A stretch of DNA of 64,000 bases from a virus (IMGVR_UViG_3300031134_000004:32001-96000); one strand, 5' to 3'. Shown: positions 46,265 to 55,991, numbered from the stretch's first letter. Made by a program: numbers and translations. The notes: a model not told the origin generated them from the letters alone.

Positions 46265-47607
46265 AACACACAGCACTTTATCGTGAAGTCGAAGCGATCG
46301 TGGGTGATGTGGTCAAACCTGTCCACTTCAGTTGGCGTGCTGACATCCACGTCAATGGCGTAACCTACACTCCACTGAAATTGTTGTCGATCGATACGGT
46401 GCAAGACTTTGAAAGCAATTACGCTGACGAAGTTTTGGTCACGCTTGCCGTCTCTGGTGGTACGTACGCCAAACGCATCTATCCGTTCCAAGACAAGATC
46501 GACATCACGCTCTACCGCACACCACTGCGGGAAGTGGCCGATACGACGGATGAAGAACAAAGTCCCTCGTACGAACGCTATAGCGCAACGCTACTTGAAA
46601 ATGGCAATCCACTCATTGAGGCCAATAGTCACAATAGTCCCAGTGAAGAAGCGATGAACTTGACCAACATCTTTGAAGTAACGTTCCAATTGGTAGGGAA
46701 AGGATTGGAGCAGCTTCGGATGAAGTCAGTCGGTCGCATCTTCCGAAACACGGATGTGGAAAGCGTGATTAAGACTTTGATGACGAATGATTCCAAAGCC
46801 ATCAAGGTTGACGGCGTGAATCTCCCACAAGGCGTGACGATGGTGGAAGCATCAAACAAAGCCATCCGTCCATTCGTGGAAATCCGTCATGGCACCAAGC
46901 TCGTTGACGTGCCGCAGTACGTACATCACAAGTGTGGCGGTGTCTATAGTGCTGGCATGGGGTATTACCTCTACCGCAACTTTTGGCACATCTATCCGTG
47001 TTACGATACGACGCGCTTTAATAAGGCGCTCAAAACCATGACGCTCATTAATTTGCCCAGCAATAAAATGCCAGGCATTGAGCGTACGTATCGTAGCAAT
47101 GGTCGCAACTTGGTGGTCTTGGCAACTGGTGAAGTCAGGCTGAAAGACGATTCAGAAGGCATGCAGTTAAATGCAGGCAATGGCGTTCGTTTCGCTACGA
47201 CCAAGGGCATGATGGAAGGCACGTTCGTTAAGACCAAAGGCAACAAGACTTCCGGTCAGCGCGGCGTGAGTACAAGCGAGTATGTGGCGAGTGAGCGACG
47301 TAATGGACAGAACAATGTCCACATTAGCCAAGATGCGATTACGGCCAACCCGTACATCGAACACAGTAAGCTTGCTCGTCGTCAAGGCGCGCTCATGACG
47401 TTTGTGTGGGAAAACTCCCAGCCAGATTTGATTGCCCCTGGCATGATGATCAAGGTCTTGTATGTGGAAGAAGGCGACGTCAAAGAAGTCTACGGCACCC
47501 TTCTTAAAGCGCACCACTACACCCAGCTGCGTGGTCAAGGTATGCAAGCGAGCCGCTACATTTCACAATCTGCACTTGCAGTATTCATTAAACTCATTAG
47601 GGAGTAA
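46255..47607 (+). CDS. Virion structural protein, probable baseplate hub/tail protein (gp101-like)
   Basis: GGVYSAGMGYYLY, WHIYPCYDTTRF, WENSQPDLIAPGM; GTG start after GAGGAG. Confidence 0.72.
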   Translation: MEIEHTALYREVEAIVGDVVKPVHFSWRADIHVNGVTYTPLKLLSIDTVQDFESNYADEVLVTLAVSGGTYAKRIYPFQDKIDITLYRTPLREVADTTDEEQSPSYERYSATLLENGNPLIEANSHNSPSEEAMNLTNIFEVTFQLVGKGLEQLRMKSVGRIFRNTDVESVIKTLMTNDSKAIKVDGVNLPQGVTMVEASNKAIRPFVEIRHGTKLVDVPQYVHHKCGGVYSAGMGYYLYRNFWHIYPCYDTTRFNKALKTMTLINLPSNKMPGIERTYRSNGRNLVVLATGEVRLKDDSEGMQLNAGNGVRFATTKGMMEGTFVKTKGNKTSGQRGVSTSEYVASERRNGQNNVHISQDAITANPYIEHSKLARRQGALMTFVWENSQPDLIAPGMMIKVLYVEEGDVKEVYGTLLKAHHYTQLRGQGMQASRYISQSALAVFIKLIRE

Positions 47608-47609
47608 TT

Positions 47610-47885
47610 ATGGTTGAACGCTATCGCGATCTGGGTATTTCGTTTGAGCCGACTGTCAAGCTTGAGCAATTACCGGTCGCTGGCGCGGTTGCACCTGGCG
47701 CGTACATGGCCCGTAGCGCTTTCCTTCTTGTGGACGTTATTGCACAAGACACCAAGACTGGCCGCGTCACTATTGAGTTCAACCAACTCGATAGTGAGAA
47801 CAAAGCAGTTGATACGATCAGTGCTGAACTGTTCAATCAACTCTTTGCACAATTGCCACCGATGACCCTCGGTAAGCAGGCGTAA
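47610..47885 (+). CDS. Hypothetical protein, 91 aa
   Basis: GGGAG RBS. Confidence 0.65.
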   Translation: MVERYRDLGISFEPTVKLEQLPVAGAVAPGAYMARSAFLLVDVIAQDTKTGRVTIEFNQLDSENKAVDTISAELFNQLFAQLPPMTLGKQA

Positions 47886-47919
47886 TAAGAGAGGGCTACC
47901 AGCCCTCTTTTTATGCCGC
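47886..47919 (+). terminator. Hairpin followed by TTATGCCGC
   Basis: aagagagggct-acc-agccctcttt-ttatgccgc. Confidence 0.7.
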
Positions 47920-48005
47920 AAAATGTAAAAGTAAAAAGATATCTTATGCTTAGGACGCAGTATTCATTTAACCATTTACCTTGATATTCGATTAAAGGAG
48001 TAATC

Positions 48006-48719
48006 ATGGCTGTTGAACCCAAGCCGTTACTTCTCTATTTGGACTTCACGAAGCCTCCAGCTGAAATTATTGTTGAATTAATCAACTACTGTAACGGCAC
48101 GTCGCTCACTTCGGACATGCTCACTTATGGCTTACCGGCAGTCATTACCGGCAACCATAACACAGTGGTGATTGCAAGCTCGACTTCTACGTCCCCTTAC
48201 GAGGGTGATTTGGAAGTGACGTACAACCGTATTGATTTGGGCGAGTATTTTGCTGACCTTGACAAGTTCTTGGTCGCTGAAGATGGTGCACGGTATGTCT
48301 CCGATATCATCCCCCAGATTAATGCCACGTACAAGCTGAACTTAACGCGTGACGATTACCTCGATGCACCTTTACCGGACTCCAGTCAAACGGACAGTTC
48401 GCAAGGCGCTTCGTTCGTCCTAAAAGCCAATCCGCGCTCGTTGATCTTTATCGGTCAAGTAGCCTTGCGTGTGACCAATAACGACACCACGCCAGCGCTC
48501 GAGCAAAATGTTGTGATTCGGACTTACATCTTCCAAGATGAAATGCCGCTTCGCATCAAACACAACATGAATTCCGTTGACTTCATTGAATCCATTCGTG
48601 GAGTTGACAATCGAAGAATTTACGCCAACGTTGTCGCGGTCGATGAAATGGAGATTCTGGTTGAGTTCACTGAACCAGAGTCCGGTCGCATCACGATTGC
48701 GTTTGGCATAAATCCATGA
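48006..48719 (+). CDS. phiKZ-type virion structural protein (VTYNRIDL module) with C-terminal HN-M/L module
   Basis: AAAGGAG RBS; IVELINYCN, VTYNRIDLGEYF, INATYKLNL and LIFIG pattern typical of phiKZ virion paralogues. Confidence 0.7.
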   Translation: MAVEPKPLLLYLDFTKPPAEIIVELINYCNGTSLTSDMLTYGLPAVITGNHNTVVIASSTSTSPYEGDLEVTYNRIDLGEYFADLDKFLVAEDGARYVSDIIPQINATYKLNLTRDDYLDAPLPDSSQTDSSQGASFVLKANPRSLIFIGQVALRVTNNDTTPALEQNVVIRTYIFQDEMPLRIKHNMNSVDFIESIRGVDNRRIYANVVAVDEMEILVEFTEPESGRITIAFGINP

Positions 48720-48764
48720 GTCGTGAAGGCTCTGTAATTTTCTGTTATTTTTTAAGGTATAGAC

Positions 48765-50468
48765 ATGGCATTCCCAAAACACCACGGTATTGAACTGGCC
48801 AAGAATAGCTGGATCAAGAACCTGCACCTCGAGCCACTGGTTGCCGATCCGGTTGCCCCGCTGACCGCTGGCCGTGCATGGCACAACACCACCGACGGCG
48901 TGTTCCGCTACACCGTCGACATCGATGGCGTTACCGTTGTTCGCACCATCGCTGACCTGGAAGGCGTGCAAGCTGCGATCGCTTCGCTGCAAGCCGCACT
49001 GTCCAAGGAAGTCACCGATCGCACCGCTGCCGATACCGCTGAAGCAACTGCGCGTACCGAAGCGATCGCCTCGCTGACCGAAGCCCTGGCAACGGAAACC
49101 GCATCGCGCATCACCGGCGACCAAGCCGAAGCACAAGCACGTCTGGACGGTATCGCTGCTGAAGCTGCTGCTCGCTCGGCCGCTATCGCTACTGCTGCCC
49201 AAAACGCTGCTGATGCACAAGCTACCGAAACCGCCGCCCGTCTGGCTGGCGATGCTGCCGGTAACACCCGCGCTGACGCAATCCAAGCCGAACTCGATGC
49301 TTCGCAAGCTGCCGCCGGCCTGAACGTCGACGGTACGTACACCGCACCAGAAAACACCACCTACCTGGGCGAAGCTGTTTCGCTCAAGGCAGCTGACGTT
49401 GCGCTGGATAAAGCGCTGGTCGACGAAGTCACCCGTGCCACCAACACCGAAGCCGCCCTGGCATCGGCGCTGGCCAACGAACGCCAACTGCGTGAAGATG
49501 GCGATGCGAACCTGCAAGCCCAGCTCCAGGAATGGGTCAACACCCAGCTGGAAGGCAACGAAGCATCGGACGCGGCTGAAGTTGCTGCCCGTATCGCTGG
49601 CGATGCTGCCCTGCAAGCTGAACTCGACCAAACCCAAGCCTCGATCGGTCTGAACACCGACGGCACCATGGGCGGTCTGGAACAGACCAACTTCATGGGC
49701 GAAGCTACCACCGTCTTCGGTGCTGCTTTCGCGCTGGACAACCAACTGAAAGTTGTCACCGACGGCCTGGTTGCTGAAGCACTGGCACGCACTACCGCCG
49801 ACGAAAACTTCCACACCCAGCTGCAAGGTGAAGCCACCCTGCGCGAGACGGCTGACCTGGCACAACAGGCTGAAATCGACAAGATCGAAGCCGGTGCTGG
49901 TCTGGAAACGGATGGTTCGTACGCCGCTCCTACGGCCTCGAACTACCTGGGTTCGGCCACCAACCTGAAAGACGCTGACACCAAGCTCGACAGCGCCCTG
50001 AAGGTTGTGTCGGATCGCGTGGACGTCATCGAGACGACCGCCATTCCACAACTGGCTGCGCAGATCAGCGCTGAAGTCGAACGCGCTACTGCTGCTGAGA
50101 GCGCTAACTCGACCGCAATCGCTGGCGAGACCAACCGTGCACAAGGCGCTGAAGCTGCCCTGCAAGCGAAGATCGATGCACTGGTGGTTGCTTCGGGCGA
50201 CGGCGCTGCTGCGCTCAAGACCAGCCTGAACGGTCGCATCTTCACCTACAAGGCTGCTGAAGCAAAGCTCACGCACACCATCGAACACAACCTGAACACC
50301 GAGTTCTACGTTGTCGACGTGATGGTCAAGGGCGCCGACGGCGTGTTCCGCAAGGACATCATGCCAATCGAAGAAGACGAAACCAAACCACTGGACGCCT
50401 TCGTCATCACCCTGAGCGAAGCGGCGATCATCAAGGTCGTCGTGGAGAACAAGTCGCCGATCGCTTAA
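48765..50468 (+). CDS. Long Ala-rich coiled-coil fibre protein
   Basis: Repeated E..AR.AGDAALQA heptads and three GL-x-x-DG...Y/F-L/M-G.A..L..A...LD units; C-terminal HTIEHNLNT module; extreme codon bias. Confidence 0.75.
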   Translation: MAFPKHHGIELAKNSWIKNLHLEPLVADPVAPLTAGRAWHNTTDGVFRYTVDIDGVTVVRTIADLEGVQAAIASLQAALSKEVTDRTAADTAEATARTEAIASLTEALATETASRITGDQAEAQARLDGIAAEAAARSAAIATAAQNAADAQATETAARLAGDAAGNTRADAIQAELDASQAAAGLNVDGTYTAPENTTYLGEAVSLKAADVALDKALVDEVTRATNTEAALASALANERQLREDGDANLQAQLQEWVNTQLEGNEASDAAEVAARIAGDAALQAELDQTQASIGLNTDGTMGGLEQTNFMGEATTVFGAAFALDNQLKVVTDGLVAEALARTTADENFHTQLQGEATLRETADLAQQAEIDKIEAGAGLETDGSYAAPTASNYLGSATNLKDADTKLDSALKVVSDRVDVIETTAIPQLAAQISAEVERATAAESANSTAIAGETNRAQGAEAALQAKIDALVVASGDGAAALKTSLNGRIFTYKAAEAKLTHTIEHNLNTEFYVVDVMVKGADGVFRKDIMPIEEDETKPLDAFVITLSEAAIIKVVVENKSPIA

Positions 50469-50486
50469 GCATCGGGAACTTCGTCT

Positions 50487-50516
50487 AAAAAGGAGGGGCT
50501 TCGGCTCCTCCTTTTT
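50487..50516. terminator. Bidirectional intrinsic terminator
   Basis: aaaaaggagggg-cttcgg-ctcctccttttt with a cUUCGg loop. Confidence 0.85.
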
Positions 50517-50548
50517 ATTTTGTCTACCCAGTCAGTTAGAGAAAGAAC

Positions 50549-51229
50549 ATGACACATAACACTAAAATGACATTTCACGGCAGTGTACGTGTGGCGGGGA
50601 AGGCATCGCGAGTCAGTAATCTTCAGCTGGAAATGGCAACAACTGATCCACCCAATTTGGAAACTAGCCGTGTCTGGTTAAACACCACAGATAAGGCAGT
50701 GAAGGTTGTTGTAGGAATCAAAGCTGACGGCGCACCAGAAGTCTTGTCGCTATTAAGTAATCTCAACCTGAGTTCTGTTATTCGCTACATCTATTCAGGT
50801 GTTGTAAATCAGATGACAGGTTCGTCAATCATTTCGATTGATTCTGTTGTACCAAGCGCTGTTGCCGGTACACTTGTGTGGACGCAACTCATTACACCTA
50901 AGTCAAGTAAGTCAAAGTTCTTGATTGACTTTACTGCGATGGTCGATTGCGGTGTCATTCTCCTTGGCTCGCGTCTTGCTGTTGCAACGCTGTGGCGAGA
51001 CAGTACCCTCATCGCGTTTGATGTTGTTTCATTAGGTAATGGTAATTCACCACAAAAAGTCTCGTTTCATGTTACTGATCAATTTCCCACTGGTCTTGCC
51101 AGTGCGCGCTATACAGTGCGTTTTGGTCTGAACACCAATGGTACGTGGTATCTAGGGCGCCCAGCGCTGGCGAACTTAGGTGGTGCAAACCGAACAAGCT
51201 GGACGATTACCGAGTACGAGACTTCGTAA
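50549..51229 (+). CDS. Putative fibre-tip/receptor-binding protein
   Basis: N-terminus shares NL.LE...DP......R.W.NTTD with 48765; beta-rich C-terminal domain; visibly more AT-rich than the upstream gene. Confidence 0.6.
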   Translation: MTHNTKMTFHGSVRVAGKASRVSNLQLEMATTDPPNLETSRVWLNTTDKAVKVVVGIKADGAPEVLSLLSNLNLSSVIRYIYSGVVNQMTGSSIISIDSVVPSAVAGTLVWTQLITPKSSKSKFLIDFTAMVDCGVILLGSRLAVATLWRDSTLIAFDVVSLGNGNSPQKVSFHVTDQFPTGLASARYTVRFGLNTNGTWYLGRPALANLGGANRTSWTITEYETS

Positions 51230-51349
51230 TCGACAAAGAATCTTAACCGCAGCTATCTACAACTTGGATGGCTGTGATAAACGAATAAAGACAACCCTTG
51301 TCTTTAAGTGTGCGGGAGCGTTCCCGCTTTTTAATGAAGGAGTGAAATC

Positions 51350-51820
51350 ATGGATCGCGTGACCGTGGTTTTCACAAAGAGCAACTTCAGCTTCATCTCG
51401 TGGCTGATTCGTTGGGCTTTGCCGCGTAGTCGCTTTGCGCTTGCCTTGTCGTCGCACTGCTTGGTTAAACTCGGTAATGAAGTAGATGGTTACCGTACGT
51501 TTGACATGGGTTTCGGTATGGAACTCAAAGAAGTCGATTGGCAAGACGCAATGAAAGACCGTGTTGCCGTGGCCACTCGTATTTATCTTGTCCCAGATTT
51601 GGCAGCAGGCATTGCCTTTGCCAAGATGCAGTTGGGTAAGAAGTACGACACCAAAGGCGCGTTTGGCTTAGCAATTGCTCCTAGCCGGGATTGGTCCAAT
51701 GAAGAGGACTGGTTTTGCTATGAGTTCGCTGCAGCCTTTCTCAAAGCGTCAGGACTGGATATCTTTCACAGTCTTGCTCATATCACGGAAACAGCACTAC
51801 TCTCTTTGCGAAGTCATTAA
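51350..51820 (+). CDS. Permuted papain-like (NlpC/P60, YiiX-type) amidase
   Basis: SSHC (His) early, FAKMQLGKKYD, WFCYEF (Cys) late, the permuted catalytic order. Confidence 0.75.
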   Translation: MDRVTVVFTKSNFSFISWLIRWALPRSRFALALSSHCLVKLGNEVDGYRTFDMGFGMELKEVDWQDAMKDRVAVATRIYLVPDLAAGIAFAKMQLGKKYDTKGAFGLAIAPSRDWSNEEDWFCYEFAAAFLKASGLDIFHSLAHITETALLSLRSH

Positions 51821-51860
51821 GGCAGCATACGGGCTGGGGGCAACCCCAGCCTTTATGCCG
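51821..51860 (+). terminator. CATA/TATG-flanked hairpin
   Basis: ggcagcatac-gggctgggg-gcaa-ccccagcc-tttatgccg. Confidence 0.72.
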
Positions 51861-51918
51861 TCTAAAAATACTACTTAGGCAAATCTTTTAGGTGGAGCCT
51901 ATTGAAGATAGTTTCAAC

Positions 51919-51938
51919 CATATATTCCTTAAGTGAGA
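51919..51938 (+). promoter_or_regulatory. Putative early promoter
   Basis: catatattccttaagtgaga, 19/20 identical to 13137-13156. Confidence 0.65.
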
Positions 51939-51977
51939 TGATTATCGTCTCTTGAATCTTTTCACTTAGGAGAAAGC

Positions 51978-52103
51978 ATGTATAAGCGTTTTCTGAAAGA
52001 TAGCTTGGCAACAGCTATCGGTTTTGTGGTGCTTTTATCCCCCATGATTATGGCTGGGTACGAAGCGCCTTCGGACGAGCCTATCGTCATCACAGTCCCA
52101 TAA
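51978..52103 (+). CDS. 41-aa membrane microprotein, not in ORF track
   Basis: TAGGAG RBS; MYKRFLKDSLATAIGFVVLLSPMIMAGYEAPSDEPIVITVP. Confidence 0.55.
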   Translation: MYKRFLKDSLATAIGFVVLLSPMIMAGYEAPSDEPIVITVP

Positions 52104-52121
52104 AGCAAAGGAAGCCTCACC

Positions 52122-52586
52122 ATGAAGTACGGTCGCACCAATCCCAAAGTCCGTTACCAGCCTAACCGCTTTCAGAAGTTCTTGAACCGCGTTGGCACGG
52201 TGTGTCTCTTTCCTTTCGCTTTCCTCTGGTTCTTTTTGATGGAATGGATGCCTGGCCTTAAGAAGCTGTGGAATCCTGAAGTCGTCAAGGTCTACATCGT
52301 TGGTAGCAACCTCAGTAACCAACACCATGGCGTAGCGCGCTGCACCGGTGCTGTCAAGATCAAACAGCATGCCTCCCAACGCGACATGCGTCAACGTGCC
52401 ATGCATTTGTCTGTTGTTCCCGGTCCTGAATACGAACTGGCGTTTCGTGTGGATCGTCCAGAAGAACTGAAAGACCCGAGCCAAAGTACCATGCGGGCCA
52501 TTCAAAAGAAGTTCGAGGAAATCGGTTACGAGATTCGTAGCGTGATCCTTAAGGTGGATGGGCAAGAATTCATCCACATGTTTTAA
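52122..52586 (+). CDS. Hypothetical membrane-anchored protein
   Basis: AAAGGA RBS; hydrophobic VCLFPFAFLWFFLM. Confidence 0.7.
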   Translation: MKYGRTNPKVRYQPNRFQKFLNRVGTVCLFPFAFLWFFLMEWMPGLKKLWNPEVVKVYIVGSNLSNQHHGVARCTGAVKIKQHASQRDMRQRAMHLSVVPGPEYELAFRVDRPEELKDPSQSTMRAIQKKFEEIGYEIRSVILKVDGQEFIHMF

Positions 52587-52640
52587 ACGAGTAGCGCTCT
52601 TTGCTACCACTCACTAACTTAAACTAGAAAGACCATCATC

Positions 52641-53003
52641 ATGAACATCTTCGAAAAATTCTTCGGCAACAAAACCAAATACGACAAGCTCGAACTGCGT
52701 GTCTACAAGCAAGCCAATGCCCACGGTGAACACGGCCGCGTGAACGTCACCCACGTCAAGCATGGCCTGGTGGAAGCATCGGTCGCTATCGTCTTCGTTG
52801 GCGTGACTACCCCGCCCAAGATGGACCGCAACACGATGAACTACCTGTGGGAAGAACTGATGCACCAAGGTTACATCCCACACTACGTCGAAGCGTACGG
52901 CAACAACAACGAGATCGTCAACCCAGTCTCGGCACCTGCCGCAGAAGTAACTGGTCTGCCCAAAGCCAAAGTCGAACACATCAAAGAACCGCAACTGCAA
53001 TAA
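52641..53003 (+). CDS. Hypothetical protein, 120 aa
   Basis: ORF track; biased codons. Confidence 0.7.
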   Translation: MNIFEKFFGNKTKYDKLELRVYKQANAHGEHGRVNVTHVKHGLVEASVAIVFVGVTTPPKMDRNTMNYLWEELMHQGYIPHYVEAYGNNNEIVNPVSAPAAEVTGLPKAKVEHIKEPQLQ

Positions 53004-53015
53004 AGGAAGCGTGTC

Positions 53016-53393
53016 ATGAAAGAATTCGCACTCATCTTCATCCAAGCCCCCATCGTCCAAGTCATCATGGCGGCGGGTTTTCTGCTGATCGCAACGTGCC
53101 ACTATCTGGACAACATGAACCGGCAAGTTGCCGTTGGTGTCTCGGAAATGCTGGACGCTGGAAAACGTCACGGTAACGCATGGGTGGAACTGAACGGCGT
53201 GGTTGTTCAGCGTCGCTTCATGGTGGATAAGCCACACCTTCTGGAAGACCCTAACCGGTTCCAGATCAAAGATATCTTCAACCAACTCCATGCCATGGGG
53301 TTTAAATTGACGTCCCTTGAAATCCTTGTTGGCGACAAAGTCCGGGTGTATCATCCGGGCCAGACTCGTCCCGTTCTTGTCGATGCGCGTTAA
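53016..53393 (+). CDS. Hypothetical protein with N-terminal TM helix
   Basis: AAAGGA RBS; FALIFIQAPIVQVIMAAGFLLIA. Confidence 0.7.
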   Translation: MKEFALIFIQAPIVQVIMAAGFLLIATCHYLDNMNRQVAVGVSEMLDAGKRHGNAWVELNGVVVQRRFMVDKPHLLEDPNRFQIKDIFNQLHAMGFKLTSLEILVGDKVRVYHPGQTRPVLVDAR

Positions 53394-53416
53394 GCGCCTT
53401 TAAGTTACGGCTTTTG

Positions 53417-53450
53417 GCCACCCGGTTTCGATCGGGTGGTTTTTTTTTTT
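53417..53450 (+). terminator. Intrinsic terminator
   Basis: gccacccgg-tttcga-tcgggtggt followed by a long T run. Confidence 0.8.
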
Positions 53451-53474
53451 GTGACACACTAGGAGAAAATAACA

Positions 53475-54296
53475 ATGACTAAATTCGAACAACTTGTCCA
53501 AGCCAATCTCATTCCACTTGCGTTTGTCGCAGCTGGGATTTACTTTAGCTACCTTGGGTGGCTGATGTATCGCAAACGTCAACGAGAAAAGAACAAGACG
53601 TGGCGGGAAGTGCCCCAGATCAAGTGGAACAACCAAGGCATGGCGCTCATTACCGATAGTGCAGTAACGACTACGCCATTTACACCTCATCACACCGAAT
53701 TGATCGGTCGCTATTTCCCTGACTATCTGGCAGGCTTTATCGCCAACCTGTCTCCAGGAGAAATCTCCACGATCTTACTCGAAGTACAAACGCACACCAA
53801 CAAACTCGCTGACGAAAAACAGAAAGACATTCTGCGGGCCTGTACGATAGCTGCAGCGCGTTACGGTTTCTTGCTGCCCATTCCCTTGGTTTGCCTTGAT
53901 GCACGCACCCACGCCCTCTACAGCATGCTTAGCAAGGATCTGGAGATGCAAAAGGTATCGACCGACATGCTGGTCAATTCAGGCGGACCTGAACCTGCAC
54001 AAAACTATCTGCTCGTCTTCGCCATTGTCGGCCATATCCTCATGCACTACGCGTCCAAGGGTCCGTATCCGTCGGTGCAGAACTTCCTGAAAACGGTCAA
54101 CCGCAATCTCAAAGGTGCAGCACCTTTGTCTGACGAGAGCACATTGTCCGTAGCGACAGCCTGGGCGGGTTTATCCAGAATGCCACTGCCGCATCGCTAC
54201 CATCGTTACAACGAAATTACCGACGCTGTGTATAACAGCAACCATGTTCACAAAGTCGTCGAGGAAAGCAAACCTCGCTTGACCCTCGTTAAATAA
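53475..54296 (+). CDS. Hypothetical protein with N-terminal TM helix
   Basis: TAGGAG RBS; LIPLAFVAAGIYFSYLGWLMY then a basic stop-transfer segment. Confidence 0.72.
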   Translation: MTKFEQLVQANLIPLAFVAAGIYFSYLGWLMYRKRQREKNKTWREVPQIKWNNQGMALITDSAVTTTPFTPHHTELIGRYFPDYLAGFIANLSPGEISTILLEVQTHTNKLADEKQKDILRACTIAAARYGFLLPIPLVCLDARTHALYSMLSKDLEMQKVSTDMLVNSGGPEPAQNYLLVFAIVGHILMHYASKGPYPSVQNFLKTVNRNLKGAAPLSDESTLSVATAWAGLSRMPLPHRYHRYNEITDAVYNSNHVHKVVEESKPRLTLVK

Positions 54297-54305
54297 AGGA
54301 TCATC

Positions 54306-55001
54306 ATGAAACTCATTATGTTTGCAGGTGCAGGTGCAGTCGGTAAGACCAAACTACTCGAAGCGTGCGTAAAGTTGGCTGAGACTCGGCGTATGCGTGT
54401 GGCTGAACACAAGTCCACTACCCGTAAGACGTACGAGCGTCACGGTTATACGCAAGAGAGCGATGCGCTTAGTAACCCAGAGACGAATCGCTTGTTCCAA
54501 CACGAAGTCATGTCGGACAATATCCGTGCACTGGAAGAGACGGTTTGCACAGCAGTCGGTCGTCGTCTGGATGTGGTCTTTGCTGATCGCACACCGCACG
54601 ACTACGCTGCGTACTACTTCACCGTCTTTGCTGACATCCTGGATATTCACACCATCCAGCGCAAGCGCGACATAGCTGATACGGCATTGGCGCGCATGCA
54701 CAATGAATTTGACAAGCGTGTTGAAGTTGTCATCTACATGTTGCCGTTCCCTTGCTACTGGTCGGTTGACACTGATTCGTCCGATGGCTGGCGACGCGAT
54801 ACCACGGGCAAGAACCTGCTCTGGTCAAACTCGGTGGAAGCAGAAGTTGCTAACATCAAGCGTCGTCTTGAACTTGAAGGCTTCGAGCAAAACCACATCA
54901 CGGTTAAGCGTCTGCCACCGTTCTTTGAAAACGGTACGCCAGAAGAACGCGCGATCGGTATTCTCTCGGAAGAATTCCCACTTAAATCTCGTTTTGGATA
55001 A
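54306..55001 (+). CDS. P-loop nucleotide kinase (dNMP kinase/AAA_28-like)
   Basis: Walker A GAGAVGKT; VFADRTPHDYAAY (DR-x-x-x-D motif of NMP-kinase-like proteins). Confidence 0.78.
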   Translation: MKLIMFAGAGAVGKTKLLEACVKLAETRRMRVAEHKSTTRKTYERHGYTQESDALSNPETNRLFQHEVMSDNIRALEETVCTAVGRRLDVVFADRTPHDYAAYYFTVFADILDIHTIQRKRDIADTALARMHNEFDKRVEVVIYMLPFPCYWSVDTDSSDGWRRDTTGKNLLWSNSVEAEVANIKRRLELEGFEQNHITVKRLPPFFENGTPEERAIGILSEEFPLKSRFG

Positions 55002-55004
55002 AAC

Positions 55005-55454
55005 ATGAGTAACTTAGTCAAAGAAGCCATGGCGTTTGAATCGGACATGACGGTCAGTCATTTCCTTGTAGAGAACCAAGCCATGGTCTTAACGGTCAAT
55101 GCTCCTTACATGACCAAAGCGCAAGTTGAAGAAGCTGGCTACGAAGAAGGTAACGTCGTCTATCCTGAATGGGTGGTTGACGAATTGCGTTCTGAAGTCG
55201 AGCGCCTGCAAGCCATGATCGAGCCTCACCCGCCGAGTCGCGATTGCGAGTGCCAGCGTTGCCAAGACGATTTCGCTGAGAAAGACAAGACGCCTTCGGA
55301 TGGCGAAATCTACAGCATCGTCAAACCGCCTCCAGCGTGGGACGAGACGAACGCCCAAAAAGCAATCGTCATGGCAATGCACGGTACGCCTGAACAACGT
55401 AAAGAAGCCACGGCGTTTTTCCGTCACCATCTCAACACGAACAAAAAGGACTGA
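55005..55454 (+). CDS. Hypothetical protein, 149 aa
   Basis: ORF track; CECQRC. Confidence 0.68.
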   Translation: MSNLVKEAMAFESDMTVSHFLVENQAMVLTVNAPYMTKAQVEEAGYEEGNVVYPEWVVDELRSEVERLQAMIEPHPPSRDCECQRCQDDFAEKDKTPSDGEIYSIVKPPPAWDETNAQKAIVMAMHGTPEQRKEATAFFRHHLNTNKKD

Positions 55455-55457
55455 CCA

Positions 55458-55991
55458 ATGTTTGACGCAACCGGCTGGCTTCTTTTTCTCGGCGTTGTGG
55501 GATGGATTTTGTTGTTCTGGTTAATGCGCACTCTTAACGCGCGTGATAAGAAGGAATTGCTAAAACAGAACACAGCTTTTAGCGTTGCCAAAGAACTCGG
55601 TTACGACGGCTCAGAAAAAGACTGGCTCAACGAATTTGTCAATGAGGAAAGAGCGCCTTCTTTCCCCTGCCATGATCCGTTTCATGAGTACTGGTTTGGT
55701 TACCAAGACAACGTGCCTTCGTACGAGAGCGCGGACGGTTTGGATGTGCGGTTGGGAATCCCTTACGCCAATCCTTACGTCCCCATGAGTTACGAATACA
55801 CGTACTACAGTGGTGACGATCGGGTCTCGGGAACTGACAACATGCTTCCTTACGAGAAGATGATGGTGGAAATTAGAGCGGTGCTCAATCCACGTTTTGG
55901 CGACATGAGCGCGTACCGAAAAGCTGTGGCTAAAGAGCGGGTGAATAAACACATGCGTACTCACCGCATGCGTCCTGCTCGCGTTAATTAG
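55458..55991 (+). CDS. Hypothetical protein with N-terminal TM helix
   Basis: AAAAGGA RBS; GWLLFLGVVGWILLFWLM. Confidence 0.7.
   Translation: MFDATGWLLFLGVVGWILLFWLMRTLNARDKKELLKQNTAFSVAKELGYDGSEKDWLNEFVNEERAPSFPCHDPFHEYWFGYQDNVPSYESADGLDVRLGIPYANPYVPMSYEYTYYSGDDRVSGTDNMLPYEKMMVEIRAVLNPRFGDMSAYRKAVAKERVNKHMRTHRMRPARVN

Noticed and set aside
3370-50288. Many very long antisense ORFs (e.g. 3370-4779, 7707-9449, 39746-41257, 48420-50288)
   Set aside because: They mirror highly biased sense genes, where rarity of TTA/CTA/TCA codons removes antisense stops; they lack RBSs and protein-like motifs
55580-55640. AFSVAKELGYDGSEKDWL resembles a motif of collagen-like phage structural proteins
   Set aside because: Single short match without Gly-X-Y repeats in a membrane-anchored early gene; too weak to call
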